A DNA stretch of 64,000 nt. Origin: an uncultured Verrucomicrobiae bacterium. Lineage in GTDB: Bacteria > Verrucomicrobiota > Verrucomicrobiia > Chthoniobacterales > Chthoniobacteraceae. The stretch covers positions 1 to 64,000 of the forward strand of contig CAWHEP010000004.1 of assembly GCA_963828525.1 (NCBI GenBank), given 5' to 3'. The position numbers were made by a program, and so were the translations under genes. The notes under the pieces are model-generated. The model was not told the DNA's origin. It worked only from the letters and a program-made list of their open reading frames with translations, and did no database searches. Within the stretch, counting starts at the first letter, position 1; the number at the start of each line of letters is the position of its first letter. This document shows positions 51,174-60,514 of this stretch, piece by piece.

Positions 51174-52370
51174 ATGCAAAATCCTTTTCTTGGCGTCATA
51201 TTCCATTGGCTGGGCGGCTTGGCCTCGGGCAGCTTCTACGTTCCCTACAGAGGGGTTCGCAGGTGGTCGTGGGAGACGTACTGGCTTGTAGGCGGTTTTT
51301 TTTCCTGGATCATCTGCCCGTGGCTGCTGGCTACCGTTCTCACCAAGGGGACGCTCGCAGTCCTGGCCTCTCAGTCGCCTTGGACCCTATTTTGGACGGC
51401 ATTTTTTGGCGCGCTTTGGGGATTTGGTGGTCTTACGTTTGGACTAACGATGCGCTACCTCGGCATGTCGTTGGGAATGGGCGTCGCCCTGGGCTATTGC
51501 GCAGCCTTTGGCACTCTGCTCCCGCCTATCTTCAAGAGCTTCATGCCGAGCATCCCGGTGGCTGAGAGCATTTCTCAAATCGCATCCACGACCTCAGGCA
51601 AGGTAACCTTGGCCGGGGTGGCGATCTGTCTTCTTGGGATCGGCATCGCCGCCCTCGCAGGCTTGAACAAGGAACGTGAAATGGATGAGGAGTCCAAGAG
51701 AAAGACGATAGCCGAGTTCAACTTTAAGAAGGGCCTGCTCGTCGCCACTTTCTCGGGGATCATGAGCGCCTGTTTTGCGTTTGCGCTTACCGCAGCGAAC
51801 CCGATCGCAATAGCCTCAGCCAAAGCGGGGACGTCCGCTCTCTGGACGGGCCTGCCAAAGCTCATCGTTGTGCTGGCGGGTGGCTTTCTCACCAACTTTG
51901 TCTGGTGCGTCCTGCTAAACCTGAAGAACAGCACCGGCTACCAATACTTTGCTTCTCATGTCCGCGCGGAGCACGCGCATGAAGGCGGCTTGGGCGGTGG
52001 TGAACATGGACGGGCGCAAGTTGCTCTGGAGGAAGGCCAGATTATGGATCTGAAGGTGCCTGTGCTCGCCAACTACCTTTTCTCGGCGTTGGCTGGAACC
52101 ACTTGGTACTTTCAGTTTTTCTTTTACACCATGGGAGCTACTCAGATGGGTAAATATGACTTCGCGTCATGGACGCTCCATATGGCGAGCATCATCATTT
52201 TCAGCACGATGTGGGGATGGATCTTCCACGAATGGAAGGGATCGAGCAGACGCACTCATACGCTCATAGCCGCTGGCATCGCTACCCTCATTTTTTCGAC
52301 AATTGTTGTCGGTTACGGGAACCACATGAAGGCGGATGCCGACAAACAGCAGGCCGCCGACTCCCATTGA
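51174..52370 (+). CDS. rhaT: L-rhamnose/H+ symporter
   Basis: GSFYVPY..VRRWSWE, FGLTMRYLGMSLG, WYFQFFFY, SWTLHM, HEWKG. Confidence 0.9.
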   Translation: MQNPFLGVIFHWLGGLASGSFYVPYRGVRRWSWETYWLVGGFFSWIICPWLLATVLTKGTLAVLASQSPWTLFWTAFFGALWGFGGLTFGLTMRYLGMSLGMGVALGYCAAFGTLLPPIFKSFMPSIPVAESISQIASTTSGKVTLAGVAICLLGIGIAALAGLNKEREMDEESKRKTIAEFNFKKGLLVATFSGIMSACFAFALTAANPIAIASAKAGTSALWTGLPKLIVVLAGGFLTNFVWCVLLNLKNSTGYQYFASHVRAEHAHEGGLGGGEHGRAQVALEEGQIMDLKVPVLANYLFSALAGTTWYFQFFFYTMGATQMGKYDFASWTLHMASIIIFSTMWGWIFHEWKGSSRRTHTLIAAGIATLIFSTIVVGYGNHMKADADKQQAADSH

Positions 52371-54064
52371 CGCATCGGCTCCGCTCTATTACGAGCTACT
52401 CGCCGGTTTTCCTGAGAAAAGCCGAACCTGGTGAGGTCGAAATCCAGCTGCGCGGCGAAGAATTTCTCCAGGGACTGCCGGCTGCTTTCCTGATCTTGCA
52501 GGGCGCGTAAAAAGTAGTCGTAGCCTAGTTTCTGCCTCGCTGGCTGTATGTCGGGGGTGCAGGCTTTTCGAAGAATCGCAAGCAACTCTTTCTTCGCCAT
52601 CAGCATGTCGAAGGTGCTGATCCTCCCCCTGTTGGTAAGTGTCACAAAATCCTGAACTGGCGACTGTACCTCTGGGGTCTTGAATGTGTCGGTTCGGAGG
52701 ACTCCCTCGTGCTCCATCTGGAACCGCGCGGCTTCAAGGTCGCGCGTCAACAGACGTACCTTCGCCATCAGGGTATCTTCAGCGTAAAACTGCGGAAATG
52801 AGAGCGCCTGCCACGTTTTTACCGCGTCAAGACGCATTGCGCAGCGCGTCTGCCTCCTTGTTGGGCGATCCCCCGCGCCCGGCTGTGGGGGGATGATCTC
52901 CGTGATTGCGCGCGAGATTCCGATAACTTCGCCCGTCCTTTTGTGAATGACTGGGCTTCCGTCATCCGCGCGCGTGATCGGCCCATCCAATTCGACGAGG
53001 CTTGGAGAAATTGCCGCGATCGTGCCTGCCACTGGTTTAACGATGCGAGTGACCGGGGAAGCGCAGAGTACCACCACCTCATCGCCTATGGCGGCTTCCT
53101 GGTCGACCGCCTTCATCACCTCAGGACAGGGCCTGGATGCCGTTCCTGACAACGCAAGCGCGAGAAGGTCAGATGCTACCGCTATGCGCGCGGCGCCGAC
53201 CGCGACACGCGAATGATCAAGGAACGTCAATTGCGAGACGTTATGATCCAATACCGCGCGTGGATCGGCGATCAAGACCTTCTGCCGATCCAACGTGGCG
53301 ATAAACCCGAGGCTCGACCTGCCTTCGCCCTCAAAAACCACGAGATCTCCGGCAAAAGCTTGCGCAAAGTCCACAGGTGGTAGGCTGGCGGCCGGGGTGG
53401 CGCCGGGCATCGTTGCCGGCGCGGGGTTATCCACAGAGGGCGAAGGCGCCGCCCTGATGCCCGTGCCAAACGCGAGCGTCTGCTGGGCGTTCCGAAGGAC
53501 GGACTTTTTTAAATCGTCCACCTGACGCCGCAAATCCCCGCGGAGAGCTTCTGAGTAGCGCAATTGCGCGACCAGCATCTCTCCATTCGAGCGCCATCGC
53601 GCGATCTCAACAATCAGGGGCGGTGTCGTCTTGGAGTAGCAGTAGAAGCGCGCATAGGAAGCCTCAACGACTCCCTCCAACTGCACCCAGGACTTCGTCT
53701 CCGCCACGCGATAGCCCTCCTGCGTCAGCATCCGCCGGGCCGCCTCGGTCTCGGCGCCAACCATGCCGTTCGGGAGATTGGGCGACCGGCTTAGCGTTAT
53801 CATCGCGTCACTTGCCCAAGGAGGCCCGGGCGCGAACGCTGGATCCGCCGGCTTTGCGAGAAGCAGGAGCACAGGCTCACGAAGCGATGGCGACGCGGCG
53901 CTAGGCTCCTGAAGCACCAGCCAGCCTTCCGGCAGCGCGAGGGAAACTCCCAAGTCGAATGGCATCACCCGTCCAGATGGTTCCGCTCCACGCGCGGGCG
54001 CGGTTTCCGTAACCAGCATCCCCAGGAAGGCGCAGAGACACATGGCATCCTTCCACCCAGTCAT
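52313..54064 (-). CDS. Exported protein with a degenerate trypsin-like domain; ends uncertain
   Basis: Signal-like N-terminus; IGDEVVVL..., DDGSPVI...GEVIGI pattern; overlaps the rhaT 3' end by 58 nt. Confidence 0.6.
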   Translation of the reverse strand: MTGWKDAMCLCAFLGMLVTETAPARGAEPSGRVMPFDLGVSLALPEGWLVLQEPSAASPSLREPVLLLLAKPADPAFAPGPPWASDAMITLSRSPNLPNGMVGAETEAARRMLTQEGYRVAETKSWVQLEGVVEASYARFYCYSKTTPPLIVEIARWRSNGEMLVAQLRYSEALRGDLRRQVDDLKKSVLRNAQQTLAFGTGIRAAPSPSVDNPAPATMPGATPAASLPPVDFAQAFAGDLVVFEGEGRSSLGFIATLDRQKVLIADPRAVLDHNVSQLTFLDHSRVAVGAARIAVASDLLALALSGTASRPCPEVMKAVDQEAAIGDEVVVLCASPVTRIVKPVAGTIAAISPSLVELDGPITRADDGSPVIHKRTGEVIGISRAITEIIPPQPGAGDRPTRRQTRCAMRLDAVKTWQALSFPQFYAEDTLMAKVRLLTRDLEAARFQMEHEGVLRTDTFKTPEVQSPVQDFVTLTNRGRISTFDMLMAKKELLAILRKACTPDIQPARQKLGYDYFLRALQDQESSRQSLEKFFAAQLDFDLTRFGFSQENRRVARNRAEPMRQWESAACCLSASAFMWFP

Positions 54065-54068
54065 AGCG

Positions 54069-54791
54069 CTACTTGCCCAAAGCGAGGCGATCCGCGAGGC
54101 GTTGGGGAAGACCCGCTGCCACAATCTTGTCCTGCGCGGCATCGATGTCATACTTTAGCCGCCGCAGTGACACGAAGTTTTTGTCCGTATGGTAGATGGC
54201 GTAGGACGCATGCCAGTCCCCGTCTCGCGGCTGGCCGACGCTGCCGACATTGATGAAGTATTTCTTGCCTTGCTCGATGCGAAGATTATCGAACGGCACG
54301 TTTGTTACCACTCCATCTCTTACGTACGCTTTTGGCGCGTGAGTGTGTCCGTAAAAACAGACAGATGTATGCTGGTAGGTGAAGCTCGAGGCAGCGTCGA
54401 GTTGGTTAAATACATATCCCCATCGGTGCGGAGTATCCAAAGTGGCGTGAACAATAGTGAAGTCGCGCACTTGCCGGACCATGCGGAGGTCACGCAGCCA
54501 TTCTTTGTCCTCCTCCGTCAGATTCTCTCTGGTCCAATTGATGGCCTCTTCGGCCAGCGGATTGAAACCCTCAAGGTCAGAACTGATTGACGCCTGTTCA
54601 TCATGGTTCCCTTTCACTACCGGGCAATCGAGTTCCTTTAAAATCTCGACGCACTCGTGAGGATTCGCGTTGTAGCCGACAACGTCCCCAAGACAGGCGT
54701 AGTGGGTGCAGCCTCGCTCATCCGCGTCGGCCAAAACCGCCTGAAGTGCTTCGAGATTCGCATGAATGTCTCCAAAAATGGCTAAGCGCAT
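54069..54791 (-). CDS. Calcineurin-like metallophosphoesterase
   Basis: GDIHAN, LGDVVGY, GNHD, GHTH, NVGSVGQPRDGD. Confidence 0.9.
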   Translation of the reverse strand: MRLAIFGDIHANLEALQAVLADADERGCTHYACLGDVVGYNANPHECVEILKELDCPVVKGNHDEQASISSDLEGFNPLAEEAINWTRENLTEEDKEWLRDLRMVRQVRDFTIVHATLDTPHRWGYVFNQLDAASSFTYQHTSVCFYGHTHAPKAYVRDGVVTNVPFDNLRIEQGKKYFINVGSVGQPRDGDWHASYAIYHTDKNFVSLRRLKYDIDAAQDKIVAAGLPQRLADRLALGK

Positions 54792-54794
54792 TGA

Positions 54795-55562
54795 CTATTT
54801 TTCGTTCTTCGCGGGAGTATAAACCCTTTGTTCCAGGGGAACATGCAATTTTTGTTCCATGGCTTGAAGACGTTCAAGAAGCGTGGGCAGCCACTCGCTC
54901 TGTCCCATGCGGTAAAGCGTGACGAGGCGCTCATAGGCTTCGCGTTCATGACCAGCACAGCGGGAAAGACAGTAAGCCGCGAAGCGCTTCTCGTATGAAG
55001 GCGCGTTTTTGAAGGCAGCGGCCTTCGAGAACATGTCCGCCGCCCGGCAGTTGTCCTGGAACTTGTCTCTGTAGACTACCCCGAGGATTCCGTAGAGATC
55101 GTAGCGGTCAGGATTATTCTCGATGCCGCGCAGCAGGAAGTCCTTCCCCAGTTCGAAATACTCCCGTTGCGCTTTCAATCGGAGGGCAAGACGCGGCTGC
55201 TTTGGGTCTTCTAACGCCGCGTTGCTTGCATTGTAGGCCATGTGCCACGCCGCGATGTCCCAGAAGAGTATAACGCGCGGCTGCAGGGTCGTGACGCTGT
55301 TAAACAAGAGTGCCATCCTGCCCCATTCCGTCTGCTCCCAGGCATTATGCGCCTCGATCCACAGAAAGTCGGCGACCAGTGAGCGAAAGCCGCTGAGGGC
55401 GGCCAGAAAACCCAGTTGTCCTACCTGCGTCCGCAAGCCGAGGTTCATTTTTGAACCGTGGAAAAACGCGTTCCTGTGCTCTTCGGCGAGTCTATGCTCA
55501 AAGGGCAGCTTTGCCACCCCGAACACGATGAGGATCAGGAAAAAGCCGAGCTTCTTTATCAC
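54795..55562 (-). CDS. Membrane-anchored helical (TPR-like) protein coupled to the ABC permease
   Basis: GTGA overlap with the permease; LSGFRSLVADFLW, LQP...WDIAAWHMAYN, GIENNP motifs. Confidence 0.75.
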   Translation of the reverse strand: MIKKLGFFLILIVFGVAKLPFEHRLAEEHRNAFFHGSKMNLGLRTQVGQLGFLAALSGFRSLVADFLWIEAHNAWEQTEWGRMALLFNSVTTLQPRVILFWDIAAWHMAYNASNAALEDPKQPRLALRLKAQREYFELGKDFLLRGIENNPDRYDLYGILGVVYRDKFQDNCRAADMFSKAAAFKNAPSYEKRFAAYCLSRCAGHEREAYERLVTLYRMGQSEWLPTLLERLQAMEQKLHVPLEQRVYTPAKNEK

Positions 55563-56464
55563 AGCTCCTTGAAGGCGAAAAAGAGGTACACCACCAGGGT
55601 ATAGACACAAAGATAGCTCAGACCCAATCCCGCCGTTTTCACAAATAGAGCGGAAGAGATCGAGTTTCCCGCAACCACATCATCGGTGAGATTCAGCAGG
55701 CGAAGATCAGGAAAAAGAATGGAGACGAGGAAGAGGAATATCCTGGAGATCTGCGAGCCATGCCCCGCTCCGAGCAGCGATTCTCGCGCGATTCCCTGCA
55801 AATGGCAGATGAAGTAAGCCACGAAAGAGACGATGATCGTAAAGATTGAGGAGCTGGCAAAGGTGGATACAAGAAGCGTGAGAGAAGCCAGTATCGCCGC
55901 GACCAGATAGATCATGAAAATGCAGCAAACAAGGCTTGTGGAGAAGCCGCTCGCCTTTACACCGCGTATGATATCCGGCGCTTCAGCGGGCGAAGCCTGC
56001 CTGATCGCCTCGGCCAGCACGCTTTGCTCCTTCACATAGAGCGCCACGTAGAACATGGCGGACATCAGTAAAGTCGAGATGAAAAGCAGCAGGAGAATGC
56101 CGCAAAGTTTGCCGAGCAGGTATTCGAGCCGGGGCACGGGCTTGGCTAGTATGGTGTAAAGCGTCCTGTCCTCGATGTCCTTTGGCAGGAGCATTGCGGT
56201 GGCAAGCACTGCAAGCAGCCAGGAGAAGATTGACATTGACCCGAGGGACATGTCTTTGAGAACCTGGAATTGCTCCTGGAACTTGAAGTCGATCATAAAG
56301 GCGGAACTGCCTATGATCAGGAGGGCGAATAGCAGCAGGAAATAAAAGACCTTCAGGCGGATCAGCTCCAGGAGCGTGTTGGTGGCGATTGCCACGATCC
56401 TCCGAGGGGAAAAGATCTTGTGAGGTGTGCGCGGTTGCATCGAAGAGGCCGCGGGATCATTCAT
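55559..56464 (-). CDS. ABC-2 type permease
   Basis: DIEDRTLYTILAKPVPRLEYLLGK, multi-TM, ends FAFKEL. Confidence 0.88.
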   Translation of the reverse strand: MNDPAASSMQPRTPHKIFSPRRIVAIATNTLLELIRLKVFYFLLLFALLIIGSSAFMIDFKFQEQFQVLKDMSLGSMSIFSWLLAVLATAMLLPKDIEDRTLYTILAKPVPRLEYLLGKLCGILLLLFISTLLMSAMFYVALYVKEQSVLAEAIRQASPAEAPDIIRGVKASGFSTSLVCCIFMIYLVAAILASLTLLVSTFASSSIFTIIVSFVAYFICHLQGIARESLLGAGHGSQISRIFLFLVSILFPDLRLLNLTDDVVAGNSISSALFVKTAGLGLSYLCVYTLVVYLFFAFKEL

Positions 56465-57323
56465 CTTTTGCTGTTTTCTCCGGGTGCGCCGTTACTTCCA
56501 GGAAGAAGCGTTCCAGCGTTGTTTGTGCCTTGCGCATTTCAGGCGCCTGAGCGCCTGCTCTCTGGACTAGCTGCTCGATGTCATGGAGCAGCGAGGGCGA
56601 AGGATTTCTCAGGATCATCTCCGTTTGATTCTCGATGGATACTAAGTCAGCGAGCGGTCCTTCCCGCACCAGGACTCCTTGGTGCAGAATGCCTATGCGA
56701 TCGCATATCTCCTGCACTTGTCCAAGCAGGTGGGAGCACAGCAGCACCGTGATCCCCCGTGCTTTGAAAGCGAGGATCAGGTCGCGTATTTCATGAGAGC
56801 CGGCTGGGTCAACTCCGGCTGTTGGCTCGTCTAAAACCAGCAGCCGAGGTTCCTGCACAAGGGCTTGGGCAAGTCCTATCCGTTGAAGCATCCCCTTCGA
56901 GTAGCCCCCTAGTCGTCGATCTTTCGCGTGTTTCAATCCGACCAGCTCCAGAAGTTCCATGCTCCTGCTTCTCAACTTCGCTCCTCCAAGGCCGCATATC
57001 TTCCCATAGAATCGCAGGGTTTCCTCGCCCGTCAGGAACTTATAGAAGTAGGGGTTCTCCGGAAGGAAACCGACGTCCTCGCGGCTGCTAACCTCGGTGC
57101 TGTCGCGGCCAAAGATGGTTGTCTGCCCGCGTGTTGGGGAGACCAGCCCCAGCACGATCTTCATTGTCGTGCTTTTTCCGGAGCCGTTCGGCCCCAGCAG
57201 CCCATAGACCTGGCCGGGCAGCACGTCGAGAGAGAGGTCGCGCACCGCGACGAGCCGCTCCTTTTTGAAAGGAACATGGAAAACCTTCGTCAGGTTTCGA
57301 ATGGATATGGCAGGCTCGATCAT
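56457..57323 (-). CDS. ABC transporter ATP-binding protein
   Basis: GPNGSGKST, YSKGMLQR, LDEPT, SH switch. Confidence 0.93.
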   Translation of the reverse strand: MIEPAISIRNLTKVFHVPFKKERLVAVRDLSLDVLPGQVYGLLGPNGSGKSTTMKIVLGLVSPTRGQTTIFGRDSTEVSSREDVGFLPENPYFYKFLTGEETLRFYGKICGLGGAKLRSRSMELLELVGLKHAKDRRLGGYSKGMLQRIGLAQALVQEPRLLVLDEPTAGVDPAGSHEIRDLILAFKARGITVLLCSHLLGQVQEICDRIGILHQGVLVREGPLADLVSIENQTEMILRNPSPSLLHDIEQLVQRAGAQAPEMRKAQTTLERFFLEVTAHPEKTAKDE

Positions 57324-57336
57324 TCAGGCAATCGGG

Positions 57337-57615
57337 TCAGAGCTTTATGACAAAGCCCTTGGCATCGCCATCTGGGATGGCATCGCTGATCCGGCTGCTC
57401 GCGATCAGCGCGCCAAGATGAGTTCGCGGTATCGCTTGCAAGAAAGTGGCGAGTTCGTCCGGTTCTCCCTGGGCGTGTAATTCCACTGCGCCATCCTGGA
57501 GATTGCGAACCCATCCGCTGATCTCGTAGCCGGTAGCCACCTGCCTCACAGTATAACGAAACCCCACGCCCTGAACCCTTCCCTCGTATAGAACACGCTG
57601 AGCCGTGACTGCCAT
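57337..57615 (-). CDS. acyP: Acylphosphatase
   Basis: GRVQGVGFR, GWVRN..DG.VE. Confidence 0.93.
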   Translation of the reverse strand: MAVTAQRVLYEGRVQGVGFRYTVRQVATGYEISGWVRNLQDGAVELHAQGEPDELATFLQAIPRTHLGALIASSRISDAIPDGDAKGFVIKL

Positions 57616-57623
57616 CGCTAGGT

Positions 57624-58625
57624 CTAAGTCTCCACTTTGCGGAGATAAGCCGCTGCCGTTTCAGGCCACACCGCGTTCAGATGACAATCCGTCGCAACCT
57701 CGATTCCGTGGGTAGGATAGAGCGTCGGAAGGATCTCGATGTGCCACCTGAAATCCTCAGCCAGGGTGTTCCAATAGTCCGCCCGGTTGGTCTTTGTCGG
57801 CGCGGTGAATAGCATGAGATGGTAGGCGGGGTTATCGAGAGCCTTGGCGAGTCGTTGGAGCGCGGCCTTGAGCACATCCGCAAGTTGCGCCGCTTCCTGT
57901 TCCGTGATGCCGTGGAAATCCGCGCATTGCCGTTTGGGATAAATCACCTGTTCGAAAGGCGCCCGGGAGGCGTACGGGCAGAATAGCGCAAACCCGTTGT
58001 TTTCATAAACAAGGCGTGATCCCACCCGTATCTCTTCACGGAGGATGTCTTCAAAAATCGATCTCTTTTTGCGAGCGAAGAACTCCCGGCTGACACTGAG
58101 CTTCTGCCGCAGCGCGGGCGGCACAACGGCCATGGCAATCAACTGGCTGATGGAGTGGGGAGATGTCGCGCCTGCGGGCGTCCCCGAGTTCTTCACCACG
58201 AAAAACGAGCGCATGCGCGCGTCGCGAGAGAGGTCGAGCATCCGCGACTTCCAGGCGGCGAAGATTTGGCAGATTTCCGACAAGGGGAGCGATTCGAGCG
58301 GTGAAAAATCCGGCGCTTCGACGATGACCTCGTGCGCCCCGACGCCATCCATCCGATCGTAAAAACCGTCAGCGGTCATGCTTGCTTCGCCCTCCACGCG
58401 CAAAACGGGGGCGCGACTCGGGACAACCCGCGCCTGCCAATGGTCACCTGAAGACGATCTCAGTGTAAGCAGCGCGTTTGGGGAGGCGCTTTCACGGCCA
58501 GCAATGAACGGGCTCTGCGCGGAGGTTCCAGGCTCGTTTTCAAAGGTTGGTTTCACAGCGCGAGCCCGCGAAAAAAGCGTCCAGGTCTGCCTAAGCGGAT
58601 CAAGCCGCATTTCCGTCTCATTCAT
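57624..58625 (-). CDS. GalT-like (HIT superfamily) protein with a degenerate active site
   Basis: MRLDPL, GVGAHEVIVE, CPYASRAPFE, WHIEILP; HxHxQ motif reads HSISQ. Confidence 0.8.
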   Translation of the reverse strand: MNETEMRLDPLRQTWTLFSRARAVKPTFENEPGTSAQSPFIAGRESASPNALLTLRSSSGDHWQARVVPSRAPVLRVEGEASMTADGFYDRMDGVGAHEVIVEAPDFSPLESLPLSEICQIFAAWKSRMLDLSRDARMRSFFVVKNSGTPAGATSPHSISQLIAMAVVPPALRQKLSVSREFFARKKRSIFEDILREEIRVGSRLVYENNGFALFCPYASRAPFEQVIYPKRQCADFHGITEQEAAQLADVLKAALQRLAKALDNPAYHLMLFTAPTKTNRADYWNTLAEDFRWHIEILPTLYPTHGIEVATDCHLNAVWPETAAAYLRKVET

Positions 58626-58629
58626 AGGT

Positions 58630-59973
58630 TTACCCGCCAAACGCGCGTTGCAGAGCGTCAGCCCATCGTTGGGTGCTGGCGTTGATCAAGACGACTTCTT
58701 CTGGAGTCGAGGAGGAAACGATAAGAACCCGGGGCTCGCTCAATTTCGTCATGCCTGCTGAATCATCGAGTTTAGAAGAAGCAACTTTATACCTATTCTG
58801 CAAGCAGCGTTTCAGGGCTGAGGTGAATCGCAGCGCGTGTTCCTGATCCGCCCACACGGACTTCCAGACCAAAGCATCTCCTTGTTTATAAACCAGGTAG
58901 CGGTCTCCGCGCCACCCGAGTGCCGCGCCTTCCGCCGTCGCGGTGTCCGTCCAATCCGCGAGCAAAATACGGGTGCCCATCTCCCCCGCCACATTGTCGC
59001 AGAGAGGCGTCTCCCCCAGGACTTCAGTGGCCGACCAGCTAATCCGAATCGGATCTTCGCGAGGCGAAGCAAGGTACTTCTCGGGATGGAGAATCTGGCT
59101 TGTTGATACGGGCGGGCGGGCGAACGCGGCGGAGATGGCGGCGTATCCCCCTCGGGAGTAGAGGGCCGCGCAGAACTCCTGGCCGCGAAGATACGGAAAG
59201 ATGAGTGACTCGCGCAGATAACGAGGCGCGGCCTGTAACTGTCCCATGTTCTGCGAAAGCGCTCCGGAAAAACTGTCGCGCAGGCTGCGCCACGAAAAGC
59301 TCCGCAACATGTAGTCGTTCATCACGAGCGTGGCATCCCCTTCGACCAATGCGCTCGTCGCCAGCGCCATGTCGTCATCATTTTTGATTTCCAACGGGAG
59401 TGTGAGCAGGCCGAAATGTTGATCCTGCAGCGCATGGGTGAGTTCGTGGGCCAGGATGATTTGGTTCTGGGAGTTCTCCAGTGAAGCGTCGCGGAACATG
59501 AACAGCTTGTGCTGATGCTGGTCATAAAATGCCGCGAGCTGTTCCCCAAGCAGATCGAGATATTTCTGTCGCAGGGGATACCCCGGCTGGATGAGGCCGA
59601 GCGCGGTGAGGCCGGCGCCGATATTTTGAAAATCTGTCTCCGAATACTGTTCGTCGAGTTTGTGCCTCAACGTGTCCCGTATTCCTTCCCTCGTTACGAC
59701 GTCGTAGGTGACAGGTTGGAGGAAACCAAGCCCTCTGATCTGAACAACCGCTTTTTCGACTGCGGAGCGCGCAGTAAGGTTTGCTGCGTCGGTCTTGCGT
59801 TTCTCGCCAGCGTCGAGTTCGGCTCTGAGCCGCGCATTTTCCTCCTGAAGGAACTCGACCCGCCTTCTCTCAAAAACCGGGTCGTCTACCCGCCTGTGCT
59901 GAAAAACCCCCCATGCGAACCCGGCGCATGCTACCGTGGCAAGGATCCCCGTGGATAAATGGGAGCGGTTCAC
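58630..59973 (-). CDS. Membrane-anchored gluzincin-type zinc metallopeptidase-like protein
   Basis: LAHELTHALQDQHF...ALVEGDAT, FPY..G, PPVSTSQILHPEKY, GWRGDRY. Confidence 0.8.
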   Translation of the reverse strand: MNRSHLSTGILATVACAGFAWGVFQHRRVDDPVFERRRVEFLQEENARLRAELDAGEKRKTDAANLTARSAVEKAVVQIRGLGFLQPVTYDVVTREGIRDTLRHKLDEQYSETDFQNIGAGLTALGLIQPGYPLRQKYLDLLGEQLAAFYDQHQHKLFMFRDASLENSQNQIILAHELTHALQDQHFGLLTLPLEIKNDDDMALATSALVEGDATLVMNDYMLRSFSWRSLRDSFSGALSQNMGQLQAAPRYLRESLIFPYLRGQEFCAALYSRGGYAAISAAFARPPVSTSQILHPEKYLASPREDPIRISWSATEVLGETPLCDNVAGEMGTRILLADWTDTATAEGAALGWRGDRYLVYKQGDALVWKSVWADQEHALRFTSALKRCLQNRYKVASSKLDDSAGMTKLSEPRVLIVSSSTPEEVVLINASTQRWADALQRAFGG

Positions 59974-60012
59974 ACGGTCCTATCCCCGCCGGACCCGCTG
60001 GCAATACGCGTC

Positions 60013-60513
60013 CTAATGGTGTCTCCTCGGAAGCGACTGCTTGTTCTGGAGGCTGGCTCCAGCCTGGCTCACCACATTACCGTTTGCGTCATACGCGTCG
60101 ATCTTCGCTACTCCGCCCCCCGAATTGTAGTGGTAAACGAAGCGTCCCAGCGGTTTGTCATCCGCAGAAAACTCCACCTCCTCAGTCACCCGTCCTGAGA
60201 CGTCGCGTTTGTAAAGAGACTTATATAAGAGCCGTCCCTTTGGATCATAAACCAGGCCCTGCAACGGCAGACTCTGCTCGTCCAGGGTGTAGACCACTCT
60301 CTTGAGAAGCTTGTCTCCCTGGGCATACGTTTGTGTCTCAGACGTGTGGTTGTCCGAGTCCGTCGTGGTTACCTCCTTCGTGCCATCTTTCCTCAGGAGG
60401 GTCGAAACTTTGACCCCGCCAGCGCTGTCCTGCCCGTATGAGGAGAGGCAAAGGGTTGCAAAGACGATGGCAGCGGTGATGAGGGGGAGGGGACGCTTCA
60501 CTGTGGGAGTCAC
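60013..60513 (-). CDS. Small exported protein with YD/MORN-like beta repeats
   Basis: Signal peptide; YDPKGRL, RDVSGRV, YDANGNV repeats. Confidence 0.65.
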   Translation of the reverse strand: MTPTVKRPLPLITAAIVFATLCLSSYGQDSAGGVKVSTLLRKDGTKEVTTTDSDNHTSETQTYAQGDKLLKRVVYTLDEQSLPLQGLVYDPKGRLLYKSLYKRDVSGRVTEEVEFSADDKPLGRFVYHYNSGGGVAKIDAYDANGNVVSQAGASLQNKQSLPRRHH

Positions 60514-60514
60514 A

